Assembly: GCA_048882505.1 (NCBI GenBank)
Contig: JBHLRO010000003.1
Coordinates: 15,157-79,156 of the forward strand
Length of the DNA stretch: 64,000 bases
Direction of reading: 5' to 3'
Source of the DNA: Candidatus Thorarchaeota archaeon
GTDB lineage: Archaea; Asgardarchaeota; Heimdallarchaeia; Hodarchaeales; Hodarchaeaceae
The notes under the pieces are model-generated. The model was given only the letters and a program-made list of their open reading frames with translations. It was not told the DNA's origin and did not search any database. Every line of letters starts with the position of its first letter. Position 1 is the first letter of the stretch. The position numbers were made by a program, and so were the translations under genes. Below are positions 20,190 through 30,003 of this stretch, in pieces.

Positions 20190-20837
20190 TCACCCATGGC
20201 TGCGGACAATGTCTTTCATTCGCGCTACATATTCGTTCAATCGGACGGCCTTCATCCGCTCGTGGATAGATGCTCCTTTTGCAACTAATTCTTCCGATTT
20301 TTCCAAAATTTCCTTGAGTGTAGTTTGATCATCCATCACCTTTTCCGCTACCTTCTTCAAATTGTGTTCTTTTGTGATTCCCTCGGCCTGCTCCAGAAGA
20401 GTATCTGTTCGTGTTATATTTCCTCGGATCAAGGCAAATCGTGAAAGAAGAAGTAACGCCTCCACCGCCGAGGAGAACGATTTCTGTTCCTGAGCAATCC
20501 TGTGAATTTCGGCCAACAAATCCTCGGCATCAGTTAACACCTCTGGTTCTCCATAGAGCGATAATTCGTCCATTAATAATTCACACAGATTCACCATGGC
20601 GTAGATCGAGAGATCGTGCAATATTATCTCTTCTTGCATGATTTCTTCAAGTAATCGTTGCGCCGCCGTCTTATCTTTTAAGCGACAACCGTTTTTCCGC
20701 ACCAAGGCATCTGCTAGCTGCTGGCGTAAATCGATATACCTGTTGTTAGACCCCTCGCTGCTCTTCAATTCCTCCAGTTTTTTTAGATAAACCTGCGCTT
20801 CATCTCTTTTTCCCATCTCCAGACTAGTGAGAACCAT
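20190..20837 (-). CDS. helical repeat protein homologous to the C-terminal third of TPR protein 46500..48062
   Basis: NLCELLMDELSLYGEPEVL...ALLLLSRFALIRGNITRTDTLLEQAEGITKEHNLKKV aligns with NLGELLVFELKATGNEEVF...YLLQSRLALLELDIENAEKLLTQAEVLSQEKGLKKL of the 520-aa protein. Confidence 0.5.
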   Translation of the reverse strand: MVLTSLEMGKRDEAQVYLKKLEELKSSEGSNNRYIDLRQQLADALVRKNGCRLKDKTAAQRLLEEIMQEEIILHDLSIYAMVNLCELLMDELSLYGEPEVLTDAEDLLAEIHRIAQEQKSFSSAVEALLLLSRFALIRGNITRTDTLLEQAEGITKEHNLKKVAEKVMDDQTTLKEILEKSEELVAKGASIHERMKAVRLNEYVARMKDIVRSHG

Positions 20838-21224
20838 ATGAGAATTAACCGACTGTATAAAAGCCGTTCTGGTAAAAGATTACTGCGTTAAACTGGGATA
20901 CCCCTAATCTATCTTGCAAACTGGTTATTTTTGCCTATTCCTCCTTTCGACCATTGCCTCAAGGACCGTGCAGAGAAATCAAACTTGGTTGGAGGAGTTC
21001 TTAACCATAGGATTCACCTTTTCCAGCACAGCGATTCTTCTCTGTTTCTTCTTACGCCTTTGGAGCTGATAACCTGTAGTAATCAGGTAATCGTGAAACT
21101 GTTGTCAATTCTTCCGTTAGCTCTCAGTTTTCTACTCTCTGGAGTGATTACGCTTGTCCTTGGAATTTAGTATCATATTCCCCCTCGTGACGCACAGGAC
21201 ACTGTGACATAGAAAAAAGGAAAT

Positions 21225-21482
21225 TCAGGCGGTTTTCTCTTCTTGCAGCATTATCACTTTATTTAACGTCTCTAAGAACTCATCCAGCGGAACTCGATGA
21301 ACGCGAGCGGCTCGTTCCACAGTCAAGGCTTTTGTTAAAAGTCTGCGAATGGAGTACCTTCCAACACGTTTGATTCCGAATACCTCCATCACGTCAGCGA
21401 TGTCTCCGTACTTCTTCAAAATGTCTGCCACTCGAGTATCTTTAGTAATTTCCACACGAATCAATCCTTTCGTAAGAGTCAT
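21225..21482 (-). CDS. DUF1858-like small protein (ScdA N-terminal-like domain, tentative)
   Basis: 85 aa; ITKDTRVADILKKYGDIADVMEVFGIKRV...ERAARVHRVPLDEFLETLNK resembles the DUF1858 pattern, though the usual Cys pair is absent. Confidence 0.4.
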   Translation of the reverse strand: MTLTKGLIRVEITKDTRVADILKKYGDIADVMEVFGIKRVGRYSIRRLLTKALTVERAARVHRVPLDEFLETLNKVIMLQEEKTA

Positions 21483-21651
21483 TGAATACTCTGGGAGTTA
21501 TTAATTTAGTCCGCAGTTATTCGTAGTCTTCAGAAAGGAAAGGATCCACGATGAATTACTGCTTTGAATGCATTGGGACTCACTCGGATTGTTCGAAAGT
21601 GATAAAAGAATCAGAATCAGTCTGAATTAATCTGATTAATATTCCTCGTCT

Positions 21652-22761
21652 CTAATCTGAAATTGAAATGATCCTATGCTGAGGAAGAAAGGAAAAGTGT
21701 TTCCTGATGAGCGGATCTGCTTTGGCATATATGCTAATGTTGGCTGAATCTAAATCAGATCCAAACTCCCTCACAAATTGCCTGGTAAATTCCTTCAAAG
21801 CTGAGCGTAATAACAAAGATACCCTATCAGCTATCAAAAATGTCACAATCTTTTGATCAGTCTCAAAAAGAAAGATATAATTGTCAGTCTTAATGGATTG
21901 TATCTTTTCGGTTCTATCAATCACTGATTGGACAAACTGCACGTTTGCGGTCATAAGATGGGGGATTAAGATATTAACATCGGGACCCTGTTTCTTGGTG
22001 TCAAAGAGAGCATCAAATATTGAAAGCCCCATATTCATGTTCATAACCGATAATCGATATACATTGAAGGGCAAGATTCGGAGTACTCGCGCGTCAAGGA
22101 CAATAGCTAAGATAACAAACAGAACTCCCATTGCTAAGGCAAATATTTCAATCCCCCAAATAGTAAGCGAGATTTTGGTAGCTATCAGAATGGCTGGAAC
22201 CAAAATGGGAAAAATACAACCTAAAAAGAACAGTATTGAGGCTCTACTGTAATCCTGCGGAATATAAGGGATAAAACGGCTGATTTGGTAGATAACAATA
22301 AGAGTTAGTAATAACATTTCAACAACCAGGATCGTACGCGGGAAATCCGCGAAATACGGCCCTATCCCTGGATCCCAAAGAAAAGATTCTGGCTGGATAG
22401 CCAATATGATGCTCATTCCGACACCAAAAGTAACCGCTGTGATAAGAATACTATATGGTTTGTCAGCCCGTAAGAGTTCAATAAACAAAACAAGCAGAAA
22501 ACACAACAGAATAAGAATAATCACGCCAGCGCGATAGAGGATTAGGGATAGTTGGAATTCAATATTGGCGATTGTGTATAACAAGGTGTGAAGTAGAAAA
22601 TAAGGTACAAGCAAGAGGTGAATTATGGTTAGAATAATAAGCGGGCGAGATCTTGATGAACGATAAACGGAGAGGGTTAAATAAAATCCCAATAATGTAA
22701 GCAAGAGAGAAATAAACGCTAATATGGTATACTGCAGTTGATTAGCGGTTAAAGGGCTCAT
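21652..22761 (-). CDS. polytopic membrane protein with cytoplasmic C-terminal domain (possible sensor/receptor)
   Basis: 369 aa; about 7 hydrophobic helices then about 130 aa soluble domain; no family recognised. Confidence 0.45.
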   Translation of the reverse strand: MSPLTANQLQYTILAFISLLLTLLGFYLTLSVYRSSRSRPLIILTIIHLLLVPYFLLHTLLYTIANIEFQLSLILYRAGVIILILLCFLLVLFIELLRADKPYSILITAVTFGVGMSIILAIQPESFLWDPGIGPYFADFPRTILVVEMLLLTLIVIYQISRFIPYIPQDYSRASILFFLGCIFPILVPAILIATKISLTIWGIEIFALAMGVLFVILAIVLDARVLRILPFNVYRLSVMNMNMGLSIFDALFDTKKQGPDVNILIPHLMTANVQFVQSVIDRTEKIQSIKTDNYIFLFETDQKIVTFLIADRVSLLLRSALKEFTRQFVREFGSDLDSANISIYAKADPLIRKHFSFLPQHRIISISD

Positions 22762-23204
22762 ATGGTTAAGGAAAAGTTCTACTGATATTTTAACCTACTG
22801 AAATAATTTACACCCGTAATCGGTGAAATTGATGTTAAAATGGATCTAGGTTTCCCCAGCGAAAATAGATATCTCGCTCATTGATTACTCCACCAACAGG
22901 GTTACGGGCATATTGAAACCTTTGGTTTCATCTAATTGCTTGCTTCTTACTTCGGGTCAGGGACGATGACATTTCTTAAGAGGACAAGAATGAACCTATC
23001 TCTTTCTGATCAGTAATCTTAGAAAGGGCCTTTTCATCAATATTATCTCCGCTACGGGATTTGTTAAAAACCAGATCGTTCTGCCTCTGATTTGTCAGGA
23101 ACCCAACAGATAATGCTACAGCACCCTGATAGAGGATAAATTCTAAGATATCATTTTTTAATATTGGTTTAAGCTCGTATCGACGCTTAAGGAGACCAAC
23201 CAAC

Positions 23205-24509
23205 GTGAAATATGAGTCATCGTTTATTAAAAAGATAAAGGATAAGATCAAGGATCTTCAAAGCCAAGGTCAAAACAATGAAATTCCTTCTGCGGTCTCA
23301 GAGTTTTGGAATATTGTACAATCTTCGGATTACCCAATCATTGAAAAATTTGAGGATGTAGACATAGCCAGCCATAATACGGAATATAATATCGTCACCT
23401 TTTTATATCAAACAAGTAAGGATGTTGATAATGTATTTCTGTTGGCGGAGTTCAACTTTATTGATCCAAAAGATTATTTATTTGAGCACATTGATGGAAC
23501 TGACATTTTTTATAAGACGTTCGTGCTTCCAAAAGGTGTACAAGCGGAGTATAGGATCTTTGAAAATGATCCGCTCGATGGTATCTTTGCTGGGGCTAAA
23601 TATCAAAACCGTTTGGAGAGGTTTCACGAACACCCAGATAAATTAAGCAGACATGTTCGACGGATTCCTAATGGGTATATGGGAAAAAAGGACCTTTTTA
23701 TTGCCAGCTTGCGTTCTTTTCACCCCGAAATCTCCGATTTCGTGAAGAACAGTGATCACCAGAATGGCAAAATCTCGACCTCTAAGCAGGAAAGTAGAAT
23801 CCTTGGATATTCTAGAACAATAAGTCTCTATACTCCGGCTCATTATGACCCCAAGGCAGTCTACCAGTTCATATTCATACATGATGGAAGTGCTGCTTTG
23901 AGTTATGGCGAAACACACCATCTACTTGATTATTTGATTGCTTCAAGAGTAATTCCTCCCATTGTTGGAATTTTTGCTGATCCTGGAGTAAAAAATGGAA
24001 AAACAACGCGAAATGAGGAATATCCATGCAATCCGGACTATGCTCAATCAATTACTCAGGAAATTCTTCCTTGGGTCCGCAAAAACATCAGTATTAGCAG
24101 TGACCCAAACGATGGAATCATCGCGGGCTCTAGTTACGGCGGATTAGCATCCTTCTATTACAGTTTCATGTACCCCGAATGCATTGCGAATGTTCTATCT
24201 CTATCAGGATCCTTCCACTGGGGAAAGCCAAATGAGGACTACCCTTATGAGTGGCTGCCCCGAAAAATCGCCTTCTCCGAAAAGAAAGCATTAAAGGCAT
24301 ATATGGAGGTGGGGAAACTCGAGGGGGAGTATCATTGGAATAGCCCTGGATTTCCCAACCAGATCGTAAGCCATAGACATTTCGTTACCATTTTGAAAAT
24401 GAAAGGGTATTCCTACAAGTACAATGAATTCAATGGTGATCACAGTCCCTCTTCCTGGATAAAACCTTTGGAAAGGGGATTACGGTATTTTTTGGCCAAA
24501 GAACTTTGA
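23205..24509 (+). CDS. esterase, enterochelin-esterase/esterase-D-like alpha/beta hydrolase
   Basis: Nucleophile elbow AGSSYGGLAS; downstream Asp and His-containing segments; about 200 aa N-terminal domain as in enterochelin esterase-like proteins. Confidence 0.6.
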   Translation: MKYESSFIKKIKDKIKDLQSQGQNNEIPSAVSEFWNIVQSSDYPIIEKFEDVDIASHNTEYNIVTFLYQTSKDVDNVFLLAEFNFIDPKDYLFEHIDGTDIFYKTFVLPKGVQAEYRIFENDPLDGIFAGAKYQNRLERFHEHPDKLSRHVRRIPNGYMGKKDLFIASLRSFHPEISDFVKNSDHQNGKISTSKQESRILGYSRTISLYTPAHYDPKAVYQFIFIHDGSAALSYGETHHLLDYLIASRVIPPIVGIFADPGVKNGKTTRNEEYPCNPDYAQSITQEILPWVRKNISISSDPNDGIIAGSSYGGLASFYYSFMYPECIANVLSLSGSFHWGKPNEDYPYEWLPRKIAFSEKKALKAYMEVGKLEGEYHWNSPGFPNQIVSHRHFVTILKMKGYSYKYNEFNGDHSPSSWIKPLERGLRYFLAKEL

Positions 24510-24787
24510 GAATTACCCATTCCCGAAAAATCTCAATCAAATAATTGGAATTTGCCTCGATTATGCCGTAACATTGACCTTAAGTGTAGGATTTGTTGAA
24601 GAATGGAGGAATGACCTAGTAGGATTGAAAGGATAGCAAATCGTCTCCAAATCCATTCTTTTGGGAGGATTATAAGACAGGATGAGCCCAACTTCGAGAA
24701 TCCCTCTTTAGAATCCGAGAAACGATAACCGATATAGTTACCTATATATGCAGTTATAGATCGCACGCCGCATCGAGATGAAATCCC

Positions 24788-25141
24788 TTGCTAGATGATC
24801 TCCTCCTATCAAAATGGCAAACGGAGTATAAAAAAGGGTTTTCTAAACCCCTCATTCTATTCACGCTTGCCAAAATCGGGAGTAGTTATGCGTATCTTCT
24901 TACGAAGAAGATCTTGGAATTAACAAATGGAGAAATCTCAATTGCGGGTTCTAATATATATCCTATGCTTTCCAAACTTGAAGAGGACAGGTTGATTGTC
25001 AGTCAAAAAGACGAGAATGACAGAAAATACTACAAACTGAGTGATGCCGGTAGAGAATTTTTAGAACAGTTGGAACTCTCGATCAAAGAGTTCAATGAGA
25101 TAATGCTTGGATTAACCAAGAAGAATGAAGGAGATCTCTAA
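24788..25141 (+). CDS. PadR-family wHTH transcriptional regulator
   Basis: 117 aa; YAYLLTKKILELTNGEISIAGSNIYPMLSKLEEDRLIVSQK...KYYKLSDAG matches PadR winged helix. Confidence 0.65.
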   Translation: MLDDLLLSKWQTEYKKGFSKPLILFTLAKIGSSYAYLLTKKILELTNGEISIAGSNIYPMLSKLEEDRLIVSQKDENDRKYYKLSDAGREFLEQLELSIKEFNEIMLGLTKKNEGDL

Positions 25142-25817
25142 GAAAATGGCCCAACAGAAGGCATTAGATCCTATTGATGGTTATTTACAGGAGGTAAGTG
25201 CCTTACTTCCCTACTCCGAGGAAAGAAAAGCTTCAATCCTTGAAGAACTAAAAAAGGATGTGGAAGATGCAATGAGAACTGAAAAACGTCCTCCTTCTGT
25301 CGTTTTTGGATCCCCCACCGAAGTAGCTAAGAATCTGAGTATCGCAAATGATTGGGGAACTACTTCCGCGAGATGGGGGACACGGCTAGTTGCTTCATTC
25401 ATCGATTACGCCGCGACTCTAGGAGTCTTCATTCTGTTCGTTATCATTCAATGGATTCTATCGGACTTTCAAATCGATGAAATAAGATGGAATTCAATGC
25501 ACATCCCGTTCGGTTTACTCTTTATAGGTATTCCAATAATAGGTTTGCTTTTGAGTTATTTTATTATTCTCGAAAAAACATATTCCACAACCCTCGGGAA
25601 ACGGATATTGGGTCTCATAGTTGTCGATGAATCGGGAATTAAAATCACTTGGACTCAATCTCTAATTCGTAACTTCACCAAAGTTCCTTTTCTGACATCT
25701 TTTTTGCCAGCAGACATCATATTTGGAATAATATCAGAAAAAACCCGTGGTAGGAAGCAGCGAGTTTTAGATTTTGTCGCAGGAACCAAAGTAATGCAAC
25801 AAAAAGAACAGATATAA
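25125..25817 (+). CDS. RDD-family membrane protein
   Basis: RLVASFIDYAA then 3 hydrophobic helices; overlaps PadR gene end by 17 nt (operon). Confidence 0.5.
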   Translation: MKEISKKMAQQKALDPIDGYLQEVSALLPYSEERKASILEELKKDVEDAMRTEKRPPSVVFGSPTEVAKNLSIANDWGTTSARWGTRLVASFIDYAATLGVFILFVIIQWILSDFQIDEIRWNSMHIPFGLLFIGIPIIGLLLSYFIILEKTYSTTLGKRILGLIVVDESGIKITWTQSLIRNFTKVPFLTSFLPADIIFGIISEKTRGRKQRVLDFVAGTKVMQQKEQI

Positions 25818-25827
25818 GGGTGTTTTC

Positions 25828-28800
25828 ATGGGATTCCGATCGAGTTTACTTATAGCTAAAAGAGCATTAACACGAAGAAAAGCGAAGAATATCAGTGCCA
25901 TCCTTGCCATTACGTTAGGCGTAACGTTGATGGTTGGAATTCAGATAACGACAGATACTTTGGAGAACTCTTTTCTAACTGGATTACTTCTTGATGAAGG
26001 GGAAGTGGACATTCGAGTTGGAAACGGAACGGGGAATTACCTACCTATGGAATTTCAGAATAATATCTCTGAGTTAGTTCCAGACGGAAAGGTAATGCCC
26101 GAGTTGACATCGCGAGGTGCTGTAATGGCGGGTTCTCAGTTTGAAGACTCCGTTCAATTTGCAGGGATTCCCTCCGAATATCCAGAGATCTTTGGGGACT
26201 TTTATGATTGGAACACACAAGAAAAAATGAACATTAGCGATTACTTAACTGATAATACAAGTGTTTTGCTATCAAGCAACTTGGCTGAGGATTTGGATAT
26301 AGAAAAAGATAGTCAACTGCCGATAACCTTGGTTACAGAGTTTAATAACCAGACAATCATTTTACTGCCAAATGGCACGGGTCCCCCCATTCCAACCCCG
26401 ATTTTTACTGTCGAACAGGTTAATCTTTCTGTTGTTGGTCTATATGACTCTAATAGGCCAGGGATTGGAGCGCAATATACTGGTCTTTTAATGTCCCTAA
26501 AAGGCCTTCAAGATTGGCTAAGTCTTCAGGATTTTTCTCGAAATTCAAATTTGGTTAGCTCCTATCTAATATCCTTTCAATCTGATCACTTTAATACCCG
26601 TATTGACCCTGATTTCCTACAGGACCAGCTGGATTTTTTAAATGAAACTCTACCTATCGGTCTTGTTAATGGAGAGACTCAACAGTTATACGCGGCATCA
26701 TCTCCCCGTTTACTCTTTACAGAAATTATCGATCTTGTTTTCAGCTTCATGTCTACCTTTTTAAATGTTTTAGGTCTACTAATAGTACTCACTGGAGTAT
26801 TACTGATAACAAATGTTCAATTAATGAGTGTTGAAGACCGAGAGTTTCAAACTGGCGTATTACGAGCTGTGGGGGAAAAAAGGAGAGGAATTTTCGTTTC
26901 TATGCTTTCTGAAACTCTTTTTCAAGGTATTTTCGGCGGAATAATTGGATTGGTTGGAGGATTGATTTTTGGTCAAGTAGTGGCCCTTTATATTGCCAGT
27001 CTTTTTGAAACAGGACAGTTTAGCGTGCGACCAGTCATAAATCAAACCATTATCGTTTTCTCGGTCCTCATTGGGGTCGCCCTCGGTATTCTTACTGGCC
27101 TTCTCCCAGCCTTACGGGCCTCGCGTGTAAATGTCGTAGAAGCTCTTCGAGGTATTAAAATCCAATTTGAAGAGAAATCTGGTAGAAACTTGGTATTATT
27201 AAGTTTACTGCTGGTAATCGTTGGAGCACTCATTCTTTTAATAAATGGAGTTTTCGATGATAGTTTACAGTATATTTGGGAAATTAAAGGTTGGGATTCA
27301 TTGGACGAATGGAGGAATATTCTCCTTGGATCCGCAATTCTCTTTTCCGGCCTTGGCATCATTCTATCTAGCTTTATTGACCGAATCAAGGCCTTTAATT
27401 TAACAGCACTAGTGATTTGGGCAGCGCCTGTTTTTTTGTTTGTTGTGGCAATGGGAGAAGGTTGGATTGCTGAATTTTCAGGTGGTCCATTTAATATCGA
27501 TGTTTTTATCATTGCGATAATAGAGGTGGTAGTTGGATCAGTATTAATCGTCGGCCTTAATTTGTCTCCATTGATGAGATTCTTACGTAGAGTGCTTATG
27601 CGAATAAGTGGGGTCAAGGGAGTGGCGCAGGTAGCACCTGCTCTTATCTCATCACATAAGACACGTTCAACTCTAACATTCGCAATCTTTGCGGTAGTTC
27701 TCACTCTTAATGTTGTAGTTGCAGCTCTTGTAGCAACCAATCTTTCTAGCTCCATAGGGCAAGCTGAGACGGACTCTCGTGGTATAGATTTATTCGTCTC
27801 ACTTAATAAGCCTGAAGTAGTATTAAACGATACTTCATATACAAAACTACTATTTAATGTTTCCGATAGCATAACTGATGTCATAGGAATGAAAACTTTT
27901 AAAACACGAACGGATTTCACGAAATTTGTAGCCTTGAAAAAGCCTGGGTCAGTTGGGTATAATCCGTCGACCGACCATCTTCCCCTCGAATTTGTAGAAT
28001 TACGGTCAGATCAAATCAGAGGGAACGCCACTAGCGCTGAAGAGGAAAACTGGAGATACGATAGCTTCTTAGGGAGTTTTCCTGATGGTGTAGGTGAACT
28101 ATCTTCCTCCTCTGGAGGTTTCTTCGGTCCTGGCTTCGGTGGTCAGTCTGACGATGTAGAAGCATTGGAACTCTCAAAAAAAGCATTTGATGCTTTCTTT
28201 AATTCTTCTTATACCATGGCTGCATATAATGTATCGTTCTCATTGTCCTCTCTGAGCGATTTTGACATCGAAGACTTCTCATCTTTTTTTGAATCGGATT
28301 TAGAAGATGTAGAAAAATTAGAGGATGAAAATGGATCAATAATTAAAAATCCGATCATTTTTACCGATTCCCTAATCCTCCCACTAGGAATGCAGATTTT
28401 TGTGCCTATGAATATAACGTTTAATCCCTCGACTAATAGAACAGAAATTGTTTATCAACCGTTCACAATTGGTGGGAAGTTTGACCGAGAACGAACCGTG
28501 GGATTTGCTCTTTCAGGTGGTGGCTTTTCTACAAGAGCTATAGGAGATGGAGACGATCAATCAAACTTTTTAGGGAGAATCTATATTCCTGACCGGTTTT
28601 CGAACTATACGAATTTTTTTGGTGAAGCTGGAGGAGCTTCCTACTCTTCAAGAAAACCAAATCAATTTGACACCTTTCTTATTAAAACCTCCTATGCGTT
28701 TGATGATCCAAGGATAGAGGAACTTGCTATCAAAATCGAGAATTTCACAAATACTGAGGATGCCGGATATCGAAAATTGGCTAGTGATGACTTTCTAGTT

Positions 28801-29244
28801 GCAAGGACTACCTCTTTGTATTCGGAGGTAGAAGCCAGCTTGGAATCGACGGTCCAGATGACATCATTCCTAACTATCTATGTTAATTTCGGATTGATTA
28901 TCGGTGCTGTGGGAATGGCTGTGATTAGTGTTAGAAATGTTTCTGAAAGAAAACGAGAAATAGGGATGATGCGCGCAATAGGTTTTCCAAGATTTCAGGT
29001 TATGTTAGCCGCCCTCTTGGAGCTCTTGGTGTTAGGATTTATTGGTCTAATCATTGGTGTTGTGAACGGGCTTTTGATTAACGTGGGGTTTGCTAATATG
29101 ATGGAAGTGCCGGTAGTTATCCCATGGGACACCTTAGCAGCATATCTATCTTTAATTACCCTGATAGGTTTACTTGCAGGAGCTATACCCGGATTCATTG
29201 CTTCCAGAATACCTGCCGCGGAGGCATTGAGATACGTTGGATAA
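25828..29244 (+). CDS. ABC transporter permease, MacB/FtsX-type with two FtsX modules and large extracytoplasmic domains
   Basis: 1138 aa; N-terminal TM, about 270 aa extracytoplasmic region, FtsX-like 3-4 TM block, second large sequon-rich region (about 400 aa), C-terminal FtsX block ending IASRIPAAEALRYVG. Confidence 0.75.
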   Translation: MGFRSSLLIAKRALTRRKAKNISAILAITLGVTLMVGIQITTDTLENSFLTGLLLDEGEVDIRVGNGTGNYLPMEFQNNISELVPDGKVMPELTSRGAVMAGSQFEDSVQFAGIPSEYPEIFGDFYDWNTQEKMNISDYLTDNTSVLLSSNLAEDLDIEKDSQLPITLVTEFNNQTIILLPNGTGPPIPTPIFTVEQVNLSVVGLYDSNRPGIGAQYTGLLMSLKGLQDWLSLQDFSRNSNLVSSYLISFQSDHFNTRIDPDFLQDQLDFLNETLPIGLVNGETQQLYAASSPRLLFTEIIDLVFSFMSTFLNVLGLLIVLTGVLLITNVQLMSVEDREFQTGVLRAVGEKRRGIFVSMLSETLFQGIFGGIIGLVGGLIFGQVVALYIASLFETGQFSVRPVINQTIIVFSVLIGVALGILTGLLPALRASRVNVVEALRGIKIQFEEKSGRNLVLLSLLLVIVGALILLINGVFDDSLQYIWEIKGWDSLDEWRNILLGSAILFSGLGIILSSFIDRIKAFNLTALVIWAAPVFLFVVAMGEGWIAEFSGGPFNIDVFIIAIIEVVVGSVLIVGLNLSPLMRFLRRVLMRISGVKGVAQVAPALISSHKTRSTLTFAIFAVVLTLNVVVAALVATNLSSSIGQAETDSRGIDLFVSLNKPEVVLNDTSYTKLLFNVSDSITDVIGMKTFKTRTDFTKFVALKKPGSVGYNPSTDHLPLEFVELRSDQIRGNATSAEEENWRYDSFLGSFPDGVGELSSSSGGFFGPGFGGQSDDVEALELSKKAFDAFFNSSYTMAAYNVSFSLSSLSDFDIEDFSSFFESDLEDVEKLEDENGSIIKNPIIFTDSLILPLGMQIFVPMNITFNPSTNRTEIVYQPFTIGGKFDRERTVGFALSGGGFSTRAIGDGDDQSNFLGRIYIPDRFSNYTNFFGEAGGASYSSRKPNQFDTFLIKTSYAFDDPRIEELAIKIENFTNTEDAGYRKLASDDFLVARTTSLYSEVEASLESTVQMTSFLTIYVNFGLIIGAVGMAVISVRNVSERKREIGMMRAIGFPRFQVMLAALLELLVLGFIGLIIGVVNGLLINVGFANMMEVPVVIPWDTLAAYLSLITLIGLLAGAIPGFIASRIPAAEALRYVG

Positions 29245-30001
29245 TGGAGGCAAAACAATGATAGAAACAATTGTGGAAGATCCAGATTTTGTTGAGACAG
29301 AACCAATCCTCTATATCACAGATTTGCATAAACGTTATAATGAGGGAAAATCGAATGAAGTGCATGCTCTCCGTGGATTAGATCTAGAGGTAAAAAAGGG
29401 TGATATGATGGCGATAATGGGCCCTTCTGGATGCGGAAAAACGACCCTACTTAACATGATCGGGCATTTGGATGTCAGCTCAGGTGGGACCATTGTAATC
29501 AGTGGTATTGATACTGGGGAGCTTTCCGATCGTGAGATGACTGCATTTCGAAGAGATAACATCGGTTTCATATTTCAGCTCTTCAATTTATTCCCGTTCT
29601 TAACTGCGGTAGAGAATGTAGAAACTCCCTTATTATTAAAAGGCCTTAAATCAGGAGTCGCACGGGAACAGGCCAAAATGCTCCTGAGAGACTTAGGAAT
29701 GGGGGACAGACTATATCATTATCCCTTAGAGCTTTCAGGTGGACAACAACAACGAGTTGCAATCGCGCGTGCTTTGATTAATCAACCTGCAATTATTCTC
29801 GGTGACGAACCGACAGGAGATCTAGATAGTACCACAAGTGCAGTGATAATGGAACTTTTTCGCAGAATAAATATGATGAATAAACAGACATTTGTCCTGG
29901 TTACGCACAATCGGTGGATTGCTGAAAAATGTGATTACATTGTCCATATGACCGATGGGGTGATCTCCAACGTTGAATATGGACCTTTTGAGGAGGCCTA
30001 G
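29237..30001 (+). CDS. ABC transporter ATP-binding protein (MacB/LolD-type)
   Basis: Walker A GPSGCGKTT, Q-loop, signature LSGGQQQRVAIARAL, Walker B ILGDEPTGDLD, H-loop LVTHN; start overlaps permease stop by 8 nt. Confidence 0.9.
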   Translation: MDNGGKTMIETIVEDPDFVETEPILYITDLHKRYNEGKSNEVHALRGLDLEVKKGDMMAIMGPSGCGKTTLLNMIGHLDVSSGGTIVISGIDTGELSDREMTAFRRDNIGFIFQLFNLFPFLTAVENVETPLLLKGLKSGVAREQAKMLLRDLGMGDRLYHYPLELSGGQQQRVAIARALINQPAIILGDEPTGDLDSTTSAVIMELFRRINMMNKQTFVLVTHNRWIAEKCDYIVHMTDGVISNVEYGPFEEA

Positions 30002-30003
30002 CC

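Noticed and set aside
22976-23251. 91-aa minus ORF overlapping the start of the esterase gene
   Set aside because: Overlaps the divergent promoter/start region of 23205..24509; no motif; likely spurious.
27042-27920. 292-aa ORF on minus strand
   Set aside because: Lies entirely inside the well-supported plus-strand FtsX permease gene; composition is a low-complexity antisense shadow of that gene.
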